Assembly (NCBI GenBank): GCA_964383585.1
Contig: CAYLHQ010000013.1
Location: 16,944-80,943, forward strand
Length of the DNA stretch: 64,000 nt
Direction: 5' to 3'
Source: an uncultured Acidobacteriota bacterium
GTDB lineage: Bacteria > Acidobacteriota > Polarisedimenticolia > Polarisedimenticolales > DASRJG01
Shown here piece after piece: positions 45,100 to 53,410 of this stretch. Below the pieces are notes generated by a model. That model made no database searches, had not been told where the DNA came from, and was given only the letters and a program-made list of their open reading frames with translations. Positions within the stretch are counted from its first letter, which is position 1, and each line of letters opens with the position of its first letter. The position numbers and the translations under genes are program-made.

Positions 45100-46443
45100 T
45101 CAGCCGGTCACCGGTCCGGTTCCCGCTTCCGCCACCGGAGGGGGAGCGGCCGGCGCCGCAGGGGCCGGCGTGCGACGCGCGAGCCGATGGTCGCGCGCCC
45201 CGAGAACGATCGCCCCGAGACCGAGGAGCGACGTCAGGAACCAAATCCACGTGCCGACGACCGGGAGGGCGTAGATCAGGTAGAGCCCGAACAGGCCCGC
45301 GACGAACGCCCAGCCGTCGGAGGCCGAAGCCCGTCCGATCCGGCCGAGGCCGAAACGGCCGACCCACACCGCAACGGGGATCTTGCCCAGGTAGAAGGCG
45401 ATCAGGAGGAGGAGCCAGTAGATCAAGACGAGCGGGATCGTGACGATGAGGATCGCGGCGAAGACCGCCGCGATGCCGCTCAGGATCGTCAGGAACCCGA
45501 CCCCCAGGCTCTTGAGCGGGTCGGAGCCGACGTAGTCGGTGACGGCCGGGGCGGCGGCGCGGAAAGTCCGCAGGGCCAGGAGGCCGACGACAAGCGCCGC
45601 GAAAAACGCGAAGATCTTCGTGCCGAAGCCGCGGGAGCCTTTCTCCTCATGCACGACGCGCGCCTTCTCGGCCATCGAGCGGCCATTCTCGAAGTCGACG
45701 TCGACGTCGACGGTCTTCCCCCCCTTTTCGCCGAATCGGACGGTGCCCCCGACGATCGGAGCGAGGACGGCATCGTCCAGCTTCCTGCGCGCCTGGTAGT
45801 CGAGGTCCCCGCGTACCCGCGCGTCGGGGCCGACCTCGAGGAGGTCGCACGTGATCGAGGAGTCGCCGCCGATCTTGCCGAGGAGACGAACGACCCCTCC
45901 GGCCGCCGTGAGGTCCCGTTCGACGTTCCCCTCCACGATGATCTCGCTGGCGTAGAGGCGGGCGTCGCCGCGGATCACCGACTTGGGACCGATCCGGACG
46001 CGTCCCCCCGAGGCGATCAACTCGCCGTCGACGAGGCCGTCGATCCGGACGTCGGCCGCCCAGATCCGCACCGCGTCGTCGGCGTACCCGTCGAACTCGA
46101 AGCTGCGGCCGACGAACCCGACGTCGCCGAGGACCTTTCCGGAGATCGTCGCGGTTGCGGCGAGCGCGAAGAGGTCTCCGTCGAGTGTCCCGTCGACCCG
46201 GACGGATGGGGTGATCAGGTACGCGTTTCCCTTGTGGACGTCCCCCTTGGCGACCTCGAAGCTCCCGGCGATCGCCGTGGTCCCGAGCGGCGGCGATGGG
46301 GGTGGGGGAGCCTCCGGTACGGGGGGAGGCGCGGGAACAGGGGGGGGTTCCTGGGCTCGGGCCGGGATCGCGGCCGAAAGAAGGAGGGCGGCGCAGAGGA
46401 CCGCGGGGACCCAACGTGCGCGATGGAGTGTCCTACGGGCCAT
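45100..46443 (-). CDS. bactofilin-like (polymer-forming beta-helix) protein with signal peptide, Pro-rich linker and C-terminal multi-TM anchor
   Basis: GGAGGAGG Shine-Dalgarno before ATG 46443. Repetitive V/I-x-G-x-V beta-helical segment (VRVDGTLDGDLF...ISGKVLGDV...VRIDGLVDGELI...IIVEGNVERDL). Four C-terminal hydrophobic helices. Confidence 0.65.
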   Translation of the reverse strand: MARRTLHRARWVPAVLCAALLLSAAIPARAQEPPPVPAPPPVPEAPPPPSPPLGTTAIAGSFEVAKGDVHKGNAYLITPSVRVDGTLDGDLFALAATATISGKVLGDVGFVGRSFEFDGYADDAVRIWAADVRIDGLVDGELIASGGRVRIGPKSVIRGDARLYASEIIVEGNVERDLTAAGGVVRLLGKIGGDSSITCDLLEVGPDARVRGDLDYQARRKLDDAVLAPIVGGTVRFGEKGGKTVDVDVDFENGRSMAEKARVVHEEKGSRGFGTKIFAFFAALVVGLLALRTFRAAAPAVTDYVGSDPLKSLGVGFLTILSGIAAVFAAILIVTIPLVLIYWLLLLIAFYLGKIPVAVWVGRFGLGRIGRASASDGWAFVAGLFGLYLIYALPVVGTWIWFLTSLLGLGAIVLGARDHRLARRTPAPAAPAAPPPVAEAGTGPVTG

Positions 46444-46531
46444 CACGGTCGCCTCCTCCGGACTGTGACACGGGAAGGATGTCGAGCCGGTTCCGCGCGA
46501 GCAACGCAAAAAACGTGAGCGGATGGCATGC

Positions 46532-46569
46532 GTGGGCGAGCGGCGGTACGCGCCTCCGCAGTGGGCGAG
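46532..46569. promoter_or_regulatory. direct repeat GTGGGCGAG(G)CGGCGG x2 (29-bp period) upstream of the bactofilin-like gene
   Basis: Copies at 46532-46540 and 46561-46569, within the 137-bp gap between the LytTR regulator stop and the next gene's start. Confidence 0.3.
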
Positions 46570-46580
46570 GCGGCGGGGGC

Positions 46581-47366
46581 TCACCATGACAGGATCTCCC
46601 TCAGCTTCTGAGCTTGGCGCCGGGAAAGGGGGACCGAGGAGCGGGCCTCGTCGCGGAGGACGACCCGGTAGGTTCCGCCGTCCCCCGGGACGATCTCCGC
46701 CACGTGGGCGAGGTTGAGGAGGATGCTTCGGTGGGACCGGAAGAAACCGGTTCCAAGCAACGCCTCGAGGTCGGCGAGCGGCCGCTCGACGAGATAGCGC
46801 CCTCCCGCCGTGCGGGCGTGCACGATCGTGTCCTCGGCCTCGAACCAGAGGACCTCGCCCGGATCGAGAAGGATGATCTTCGCCCCCCGCTTCGCCGGGA
46901 GCCGGAAGGGGGGCGTCGCGGGGCCCTTCGGCGGGGGGGCTCCCGAGATCTCCGCCCGGATCGCCTCGAGCAGGCGTAGGACCTGGTCCGGGGTCGTCGC
47001 CGTTCCCCGCGCCAGCGACATGCGGACGCGCTCGAGCGCCGCGGCGAACCGCTCCCGGTCGAACGGCTTGAGGAGATAGTCGACCGACCGCACCTCGAAG
47101 GCGCGCACGGCGTACTGATCGAACGCCGTCGTGAAGACCACCGCCGGGCGCTGCCGGATGCGGGACAGGACCTCGAACCCGTCGCCGCCGGGCATCCGGA
47201 CGTCGAGGAAGATCAGGTCGGGAGCGAGCGAGTCGATCGCTTCGACCGCGCCCGGCACGTCGGCCGCCTCTCCGACGACCTCCGTGTCGGGGTGATCCCG
47301 GAGGAGCCGTCGCAACCGGTCGCGCGCGGGCTTCTCGTCGTCGACCAGCACCACACGCATCGTCAT
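46581..47366 (-). CDS. LytR/AlgR-family response regulator (receiver + LytTR DNA-binding domain)
   Basis: VVLVDDEKPARDRL...FLDVRMPGGDGF receiver. C-terminal LytTR (FFRSHRSILLNLAHV). Confidence 0.92.
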   Translation of the reverse strand: MTMRVVLVDDEKPARDRLRRLLRDHPDTEVVGEAADVPGAVEAIDSLAPDLIFLDVRMPGGDGFEVLSRIRQRPAVVFTTAFDQYAVRAFEVRSVDYLLKPFDRERFAAALERVRMSLARGTATTPDQVLRLLEAIRAEISGAPPPKGPATPPFRLPAKRGAKIILLDPGEVLWFEAEDTIVHARTAGGRYLVERPLADLEALLGTGFFRSHRSILLNLAHVAEIVPGDGGTYRVVLRDEARSSVPLSRRQAQKLREILSW

Positions 47367-48457
47367 GCCGCTTTTCCCTCCTCGGTTCGTGCGATCGGAA
47401 TCCGGAGCCTCGAGAGGACGCCGCGCCCCTCGGACGCCGGTCCGAGCTCGAGGCGCCCCTCGCCCCCGTACTGCGCCGCCAGCCGCCGGCGCACGTTGCC
47501 CAGGCCGTGATCGTCCTCGATCAGCGCGGCGGCGGGGGCGCGAAGGCCGACCCCGTCGTCCTCGACCTCGACCACCAGGAATCCGTTCTCGACCCGCGCT
47601 GCGATGCGGACCGTTCCCCCCTCCGGCAGGGGCGCAAGGCCGTGCCCGACCGCGTTCTCGACGAGCGGCTGCAGGATCAGTCCCGGGACCGCGAGTTCCC
47701 GGGTTTCGGGGGAGATGTCCCACGACGCGCACAGGCGCTCTCCGAACCGCGCCTGCTCGATCGACAGGTACCGTTTCACGAAGTCGAGTTCCTCCGCGAG
47801 GCGGACCGGCCCCGATTCCGCCGACCGGAGGGTGTAACGGAAAAGGTCGGCGAGAGTCTGCACGAGGGCCTCCGCCTTCCGCGGATCGTCCTCGAGCAGG
47901 GAGGAAATCGTGTTCAACGTGTTGAAGAAGAAGTGCGGGTTGATCCTCGCCTGCAAGGCGGCGAGCTCCGCCCGCGCGGCCTCCGCACGGAGCCGGGCCT
48001 CCACCAGACGGACCTCCTCGACCTCGCGGAGACTCTCCGCGAGACGCCAGCGCATCCCTTCGTAGACGTAGGCAACGGTTCCGACGAGAACGGCAACGAT
48101 CCCGTTCACGGCCACGACTGCCGCCGTCCGTCGGGGGTCGGCGAGCACGAAGAGAGGGAAGAGAAGGAGGGCGAGCGCGCTTCCGGCCGTGGAACCCGCG
48201 AGCAGGCCTGCGAGCAGGATGCCGAACCGGAGGGTCGGCGACAACGCCCGGAGCCGCGGGTAGAGCGCCACCGACACCGAGAGGACCGTGAGCCCGGCGA
48301 CGTTCGCGAAGACGACGCTCAACCGGAGGATCTCCGGGTCGAGCCCGTCCTTCTGGAAGAACCCGACCACGACGCCGGTGGCGGCGCCGGCGACGGTGCT
48401 CCCCGCGATCCAGACCAGAACCTGAAGCGGCAGGGACAGCTGCGTACGGCCGCTCAT
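47363..48457 (-). CDS. LytS/YehU-type sensor histidine kinase
   Basis: Membrane N-terminus, then the His_kinase motif INPHFFFNTLNTISSL and the HATPase region (VENAVGHG, DDGVG). ATGA overlaps on both sides. Confidence 0.9.
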   Translation of the reverse strand: MSGRTQLSLPLQVLVWIAGSTVAGAATGVVVGFFQKDGLDPEILRLSVVFANVAGLTVLSVSVALYPRLRALSPTLRFGILLAGLLAGSTAGSALALLLFPLFVLADPRRTAAVVAVNGIVAVLVGTVAYVYEGMRWRLAESLREVEEVRLVEARLRAEAARAELAALQARINPHFFFNTLNTISSLLEDDPRKAEALVQTLADLFRYTLRSAESGPVRLAEELDFVKRYLSIEQARFGERLCASWDISPETRELAVPGLILQPLVENAVGHGLAPLPEGGTVRIAARVENGFLVVEVEDDGVGLRAPAAALIEDDHGLGNVRRRLAAQYGGEGRLELGPASEGRGVLSRLRIPIARTEEGKAA

Positions 48458-49707
48458 CGGGCCCTCGCGAGGACGACGGTCACGTCGTCGTGCTGAGGCC
48501 CGTGCCGCGTCCAATCCTTCACCTCGCGCACGACGCGGTCCAGGATCTCCGTCAACTCGCCGCCGCGACTCCGCTCGAGGATCTCGATGAGGCGCCCCTC
48601 GCCGAATTCGAGGCCGGCCGTATCGGGGGCCTCGAGGAGGCCGTCGGTGCAGAGGACCAGCAGGTCACCGGGGGCCATCGCGCGCCGCCCCTCTCCGTAG
48701 GTCGCCTCGCCGAAGAGGCCGAGCGGGAGCCCACCTTGGGTGAGGCGCACCGCGCCCGTAGGACCGAGCAGGATCGGGGGGAAATGGCCGGCGTTGCTGT
48801 ACCGGATCTCCCGGAGGTGCGGGTCGTAGAGGGCGAAGAAGAGGGTCGCGTAGCGCGCATCGGAGGTGGTGTCGTGGAGGAGGGCGTTGACCCGCCGGTT
48901 CACCTCCGCCGGTCCGCATCCGGAGAGCGAGACGCTGCGTACCGAGGCCTGGAGCCCCGCCATCAGGAGCGCCGCCGGAATCCCTTTTCCGGAGACGTCG
49001 GCCACGACGAGGCCCAGGCGGTCTTCCGGCAAGGCGAGGAAATCGAAGTAGTCCCCCCCGACGCCCACCGCCGGAAGGCAGACCCCCGCGACCTCGAGAC
49101 CGGCAAGGCGCGGGAACGCCCGCGGGAGGAGTTCGCGCTGGACCTCTCGGGCGATCGCCAATTCGCGTTCGAGAGCTTCCTTTTCCCGGAGCGCGCGGAA
49201 GCTGGCCTCGATCTGGTTCCGCATCGTGTCGTAGGTGTGGAGGACGATCCCGACGAGGACGGCGAGGATCGCGTTGATCGCGACGATGACCGACACGAGC
49301 CGGATGTTCGCCAGGCTGAAGAGCGGCTGCGCCGCCAGGACGGCCACCGAGCCGAAGATCGTCCCCGAGCAGAGGGTGACGATCTGAAGGCCGAGCCGGA
49401 CGGGAAAGGCCAGGCGCGAGAAGAGCGGGAAGACCTGCCGGGCGGAAAGGAGCGCGGTGAAACCGACGACCTCCGCGAAGAGGACGCTCGTCGTGACGAG
49501 AGGGCCGAGGTCGGTCGAGGGCACGGCGAAGTGGATCCCCGCCGCAACGACCGCTCCCGTCAGTGCCCACCCCGCGGCCCAGAGGGCCAGGAATCGGTTC
49601 CCGAGCGTCCCCGGGTTGACCGAGGAAAAAGACACCTCGGGAGTTCCTTCGTGAAGAGGCGCACGAGCGCCCGCCGCGCTCGTCCCGGAATCGAGGGTCG
49701 TTTGCAC
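48454..49707 (-). CDS. membrane-anchored PP2C/SpoIIE-family serine phosphatase
   Basis: GGDYFDF, VVADVSGKGIPAAL and LVLCTDGLLEA motifs. The N-terminal membrane module is paralogous to that of the adjacent kinase. GTG start. Confidence 0.88.
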   Translation of the reverse strand: MQTTLDSGTSAAGARAPLHEGTPEVSFSSVNPGTLGNRFLALWAAGWALTGAVVAAGIHFAVPSTDLGPLVTTSVLFAEVVGFTALLSARQVFPLFSRLAFPVRLGLQIVTLCSGTIFGSVAVLAAQPLFSLANIRLVSVIVAINAILAVLVGIVLHTYDTMRNQIEASFRALREKEALERELAIAREVQRELLPRAFPRLAGLEVAGVCLPAVGVGGDYFDFLALPEDRLGLVVADVSGKGIPAALLMAGLQASVRSVSLSGCGPAEVNRRVNALLHDTTSDARYATLFFALYDPHLREIRYSNAGHFPPILLGPTGAVRLTQGGLPLGLFGEATYGEGRRAMAPGDLLVLCTDGLLEAPDTAGLEFGEGRLIEILERSRGGELTEILDRVVREVKDWTRHGPQHDDVTVVLARAR

Positions 49708-49724
49708 CGCCCTATAATACGAGG

Positions 49725-50717
49725 ATGGTCCTCATCGACGGCTTCGGACGCGTCCACGACGACCTTCGGGTATCGGTGACCGATCGTTGCAATCTCCGCT
49801 GCGCCTACTGCATGCCGGTGACCCCCGTCTGGTTTCCCCGGGAGGAAATCCTGCGGTACGAAGAGACCGAGAGGATCGTCCGGATCGCGGCGGGGCTCGG
49901 GATCCGGCGCGTCCGGGTGACCGGGGGGGAGCCCCTCGTCCGCCGCGATCTCGACCGGTTGATCGCGATGCTTGCCGCGGTCCCGGGGATCGACGACCTC
50001 TCCCTCACGACGAACGGAATCCTCCTCGCCGAGTGGGCGGCGCGCCTCCGTGCCGCGGGGCTTCGCCGCGTCAACGTCTCGCTCGACACGCTCGACCGCG
50101 ACCGGTTCCACCGGGTGGCGGGCAGGGACGGGCTCGAACGGACCCTCGCCGGCCTCGAGGCGGCGGAGAAGGCGGGGCTCTCCCCGCTCAAGATCAACAC
50201 GGTCCTCCTGCGGGGTCTGAACGACGAGGAGATCGAGCCGATGGTCGCCCTCGCGCGCGAGCGCGGGTGGGAGATCCGGTTCATCGAGTTCATGCCGCTC
50301 GAAAACGGTGGGACCTGGGATCTCGGCCGCGTCGTCACGGGGGACGAGGTGAGACACCGCATCCACGCTCGCTGGCCGATCGCGCCCGTCGACCCCGATC
50401 CCCCGCACGCGCCCGCGTCGCGCTGGCGGTTCGAGGACGGGGCCGGCTTCGTCGGCTTCATCGACTCGGTCAGCGCGCCGTTCTGCGGGGACTGCTCGCG
50501 CCTGCGGCTCACCTCCGACGGGAAGCTCCGGGTCTGTCTTTACGACGCTTCGGAAACCGACCTCAAGGGACCGCTCCGCGCGGGAGAGCCGGACGCGGCG
50601 ATCGCCTTCCGGATCGAGCGGGCGGTCGCAAGGAAAGGAAGGGGGGGCGCTCTCGACGTGCTCGAGCGGAAGGCCCCCGACCTCCGCGGCCGAACGATGC
50701 ACCAGATCGGCGGCTGA
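49725..50717 (+). CDS. moaA: GTP 3',8-cyclase (molybdenum cofactor biosynthesis protein A)
   Basis: Radical-SAM motif CNLRCAYCMP. C-terminal cluster motif CGDCSRLRLTSDGKLRVCL. Confidence 0.93.
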   Translation: MVLIDGFGRVHDDLRVSVTDRCNLRCAYCMPVTPVWFPREEILRYEETERIVRIAAGLGIRRVRVTGGEPLVRRDLDRLIAMLAAVPGIDDLSLTTNGILLAEWAARLRAAGLRRVNVSLDTLDRDRFHRVAGRDGLERTLAGLEAAEKAGLSPLKINTVLLRGLNDEEIEPMVALARERGWEIRFIEFMPLENGGTWDLGRVVTGDEVRHRIHARWPIAPVDPDPPHAPASRWRFEDGAGFVGFIDSVSAPFCGDCSRLRLTSDGKLRVCLYDASETDLKGPLRAGEPDAAIAFRIERAVARKGRGGALDVLERKAPDLRGRTMHQIGG

Positions 50718-50727
50718 ACCGCACCGC

Positions 50728-50763
50728 AAAAAACGAACCCCCGGGCCGGAGCCCGGGGGTTCG
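50728..50763 (-). terminator. Rho-independent terminator of the OmpA-like gene (possibly bidirectional)
   Basis: 13-bp GC stem CGAACCCCCGGGC/GCCCGGGGGTTCG with a 4-nt loop, followed on the minus strand by TTTTTT. It lies 22 nt past the TAG at 50785-50787. Confidence 0.85.
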
Positions 50764-50784
50764 CGCATCGTTCCCGAAACCGGA

Positions 50785-52182
50785 CTACGGCCGCTTGAGC
50801 TCGACGCGGCGGTTCCGCGCGCGGCCTTCCTCGGTGTCGTTCGTCGCGGTCGGGCGGGTCTCCCCGTACCCCTTCACCGTCAGCTGGGAAGCGGGCACGC
50901 CCTGGGCGATCAGGTAGTCGGCTACCGCCTGGGCACGCTTTTCGGAGAGCTTCTGGTTGTAGGCGTTGCTTCCCTTCGAGTCGGTATGACCGCCGACTTC
51001 GATCTTGACGTCCGGGTTCGCCTTGAGGCCGCGAGCGACCTTATCGAGGGTCTCCTTGGTACCGGCCGCCAGTTCGGCGCTGTTGAACTCGAAGAGAGCC
51101 CCCTCGAGGACGAGGACCTCCTGGGGCTTGATCACGATCGCCTCCTCCTTCGGGAGGCTGCAGCCCTTTTCGTCGATCTTGTCGCCGGCAGGCGTGCTCA
51201 GGCACTGATCGAGGCCGTCGCAGACGCCGTCCCTGTCGCCGTCGACCGGGCAGCCCTTCGCGTCGACCTTGCATCCCTTGACCGTGTTCGCGCACTGGTC
51301 GAGACCGTCGCAGACTCCGTCTCCGTCCGCATCGGACGGGCAGCCCTTCGCGTCGACCTTGCATCCCTTTGCGGTGCTCGGACAGCTGTCCATCTTGTCG
51401 CAGACACCGTCGCCGTCCGCGTCGATCGGACAGCCGTTCACGTCCACCGAGCAATCCTTGGGGCTGCCGGCGCAGCGATCGAGGCCGTCGCAGACGCCGT
51501 CGCCGTCCGCGTCCCGCGGGCAGCCGGCCTCATCGACGATGCAGCCCGCGGGGGTACCGGGGCACTTGTCCTTCTTGTTCGGAACCCCGTCGCCGTCGTC
51601 GTCCTTGGGAATCGAAGCCGCTCCCCAGGAGAGGCCCATCAGGAACTGCCCGTTCAGGACGTCCTCCTCGTTGAGGCCGGAGGATCCGTAAACCGACTGG
51701 TCGGCGCGGAGCTCCCAACGGAAGGAGCGGTTCTCGGTCTGCTGGTAGCGGCGCCCGACTCCGAGAGAGACCATCCCGCGGCTGAAGTCGTCGCCGGAAT
51801 CGGGGTAGAAGCCCATCCACCCGACGGCGCCCGAGAGGAACCACCGATTCGTCTTCTCCGGGGAGAAGAGATACTCGAGGCCGGTGCGGGCGGTGAGGTT
51901 CGTGACGTCGCCCAGGGCGGTTACGCCGTTGTAAGGAACCGCCGTCCCGTCGAGAAACCATGCGAGCCGCTCGTTCTCCATGAGGTGCGCGAGCCGCAGC
52001 CCGAGTAGCAGGTTCGGCCGGTAGTCCTTCGACTCCCCGACGAACTCCTTGTCCGGGAACCCGAACCCGAGCAGGATCCCGGCCTCGTTCTTCGGCTCGT
52101 CCGCGGCGAGCGCCGCGCTCGCTCCGATCGTCATGACCAGCGCCACCACGGCCAACGCGCGAATCGATTGGGTGATTTTCAC
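50785..52182 (-). CDS. outer-membrane protein: N-terminal beta-barrel-like region, Cys-rich thrombospondin-type-3 repeats, OmpA_C domain
   Basis: AAGGAGGA Shine-Dalgarno before GTG 52182. Signal peptide. Five CPxDADGDGVCDxxDxC units. C-terminal GHTDSKGSNAYNQKLSEKRA. Confidence 0.88.
   Translation of the reverse strand: MKITQSIRALAVVALVMTIGASAALAADEPKNEAGILLGFGFPDKEFVGESKDYRPNLLLGLRLAHLMENERLAWFLDGTAVPYNGVTALGDVTNLTARTGLEYLFSPEKTNRWFLSGAVGWMGFYPDSGDDFSRGMVSLGVGRRYQQTENRSFRWELRADQSVYGSSGLNEEDVLNGQFLMGLSWGAASIPKDDDGDGVPNKKDKCPGTPAGCIVDEAGCPRDADGDGVCDGLDRCAGSPKDCSVDVNGCPIDADGDGVCDKMDSCPSTAKGCKVDAKGCPSDADGDGVCDGLDQCANTVKGCKVDAKGCPVDGDRDGVCDGLDQCLSTPAGDKIDEKGCSLPKEEAIVIKPQEVLVLEGALFEFNSAELAAGTKETLDKVARGLKANPDVKIEVGGHTDSKGSNAYNQKLSEKRAQAVADYLIAQGVPASQLTVKGYGETRPTATNDTEEGRARNRRVELKRP
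51160..51612 (-). repeat. intragenic tandem repeats (about 30 codons each) encoding TSP3-like Ca-binding Cys-rich units
   Basis: Recurrent GTCGCAGAC(G/T)CCGTC...GCAGCCCTTCGCGTCGACCTTGCATCCCTT blocks. The protein repeats CP(S/I/R)DADGDGVCD(G/K)(L/M)D. Confidence 0.8.
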
Positions 52183-52273
52183 GGTTTCCTCCTTCTGAGT
52201 CACCAGCGATTCGGGCCCATGGTAGCCGCGTCCCGCTGCACTGTCGATGCATTTCCTCGAGATTCGAGGGGGG

Positions 52274-52981
52274 TCAGTTGAGACCGCTTTCCCCCTCTCC
52301 CGCCCCTCGGAGCGACTTGAGACGGAGCACCCGCTCCAGGACCTCGTCGAGGAGGGCGACCGTGCGCGAGAGGCGCCGTCCGAGGTCGGTTTCCTCGAGG
52401 AGGGACTGGCGCACGGCCGGGTCGACCGGGAGCCCCGCGCTCGCCCCATTGACCGCATCGGCGAGGCCGATCGCCTCGTCGAGGACGAGCCCAGGAGACG
52501 ATTCGCCCGACAGCTCCCGAAGGAGACAGCCGTGGGACGCGAGGAGGTCGAGCTTGGCCGCGCGCGTCCCGGGGTCGTGCTCGTCCGGGATCGTCTCCGG
52601 GAGCGTGGTGTAGCGCGCGGTCCGGTACGGGGAAGCCGATACGATCTCGCCGAAGCGGACCCGCGCGAGGCCTTGCAGTCTCAGGTGGAACCTCCCGTCG
52701 GGAAGGGGCTCGAGATCCTCGATCCGTCCGATCGTCCCGACGTCGTGAAACGGGGGGTTCCCCTCGTAGTCGGACTCCCAGCCCGGCCGGAGGAGGGAGA
52801 CGGCGAGCAAACGGTTCCCCGCGACGGCGTCCCGGACCATCGTCCGGTAGCGGGGCTCGAACACGTGGAGCGGTAGGGAGGTGCGAGGGAAGAAGACCAC
52901 CCCGGGGAGCGGAAAGACGGGGACGACCCCGATCGGCCCGCACTCCGGCGACGACGAGGCTGGGCGGTCTCGACGGGCCAT
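52274..52981 (-). CDS. LON N-terminal (substrate-binding) domain protein
   Basis: Internal ATG 52981. VPVFPLPGVVFFPRTSLPLHVFEPRYRTMV is the Lon N-domain signature. Confidence 0.8.
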   Translation of the reverse strand: MARRDRPASSSPECGPIGVVPVFPLPGVVFFPRTSLPLHVFEPRYRTMVRDAVAGNRLLAVSLLRPGWESDYEGNPPFHDVGTIGRIEDLEPLPDGRFHLRLQGLARVRFGEIVSASPYRTARYTTLPETIPDEHDPGTRAAKLDLLASHGCLLRELSGESSPGLVLDEAIGLADAVNGASAGLPVDPAVRQSLLEETDLGRRLSRTVALLDEVLERVLRLKSLRGAGEGESGLN

Positions 52982-53090
52982 GGAGGGAGTATAGCGGGCG
53001 GCGTGGACGCCGACCTGCCGCCTCGATCGGTACGGCGGCTCGCGGGTTCTCACTCCCGAACACGCGGTCTTCCGGGAGGTTCCCTTCGAC

Positions 53091-53410
53091 ATGGCCCTGC
53101 GGAGCGTCACCGACAACGGGTCGTTCGGGTACCGGCCGGGGAGTCCGTGGGAGTTGGTCTACGCCATCGACGGCGATCCGGACGGGTGTGGTTCCATGCG
53201 GAACTCGCGATCCCCGCCGGTCCGCTCCCCGTGAGGGCCGCCGCGCTCGAAGGCGGACTCGACAACCTCGCCGTCGCGGAAAATCGAGGGGGAGGGCCGG
53301 GGGATGCGCCGTCCCTCGAGGAGGGCCTCTACGCGGGCTTTCTCGCGACGATCCCCGCGAGGGCCTTCGGCGAGTCGCCGGGGAGGCCGGGGTCGACGCC
53401 TTCCCGATGA
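53091..53410 (+). pseudogene. unannotated small ORF split by an apparent -1 frame change near 53186 (or two short ORFs)
   Basis: GGGAGG lies 12 nt before ATG 53091. That 47-codon frame has high GC3 and ends at TGA 53232-53234. From GTG 53186 the -1 frame carries the coding signal (VWFHAELAIPAGPLPVRAAALEGGLDNLAVAEN...) to TGA 53408-53410. Confidence 0.3.

Noticed and set aside
52982-53328. tRNA, tmRNA or another structured RNA gene in the large gap.
   Set aside because: I could find no cloverleaf, no GTTCGAATC-type T-loop and no CCA-proximal acceptor pairing. The three-base periodicity fits protein coding better.
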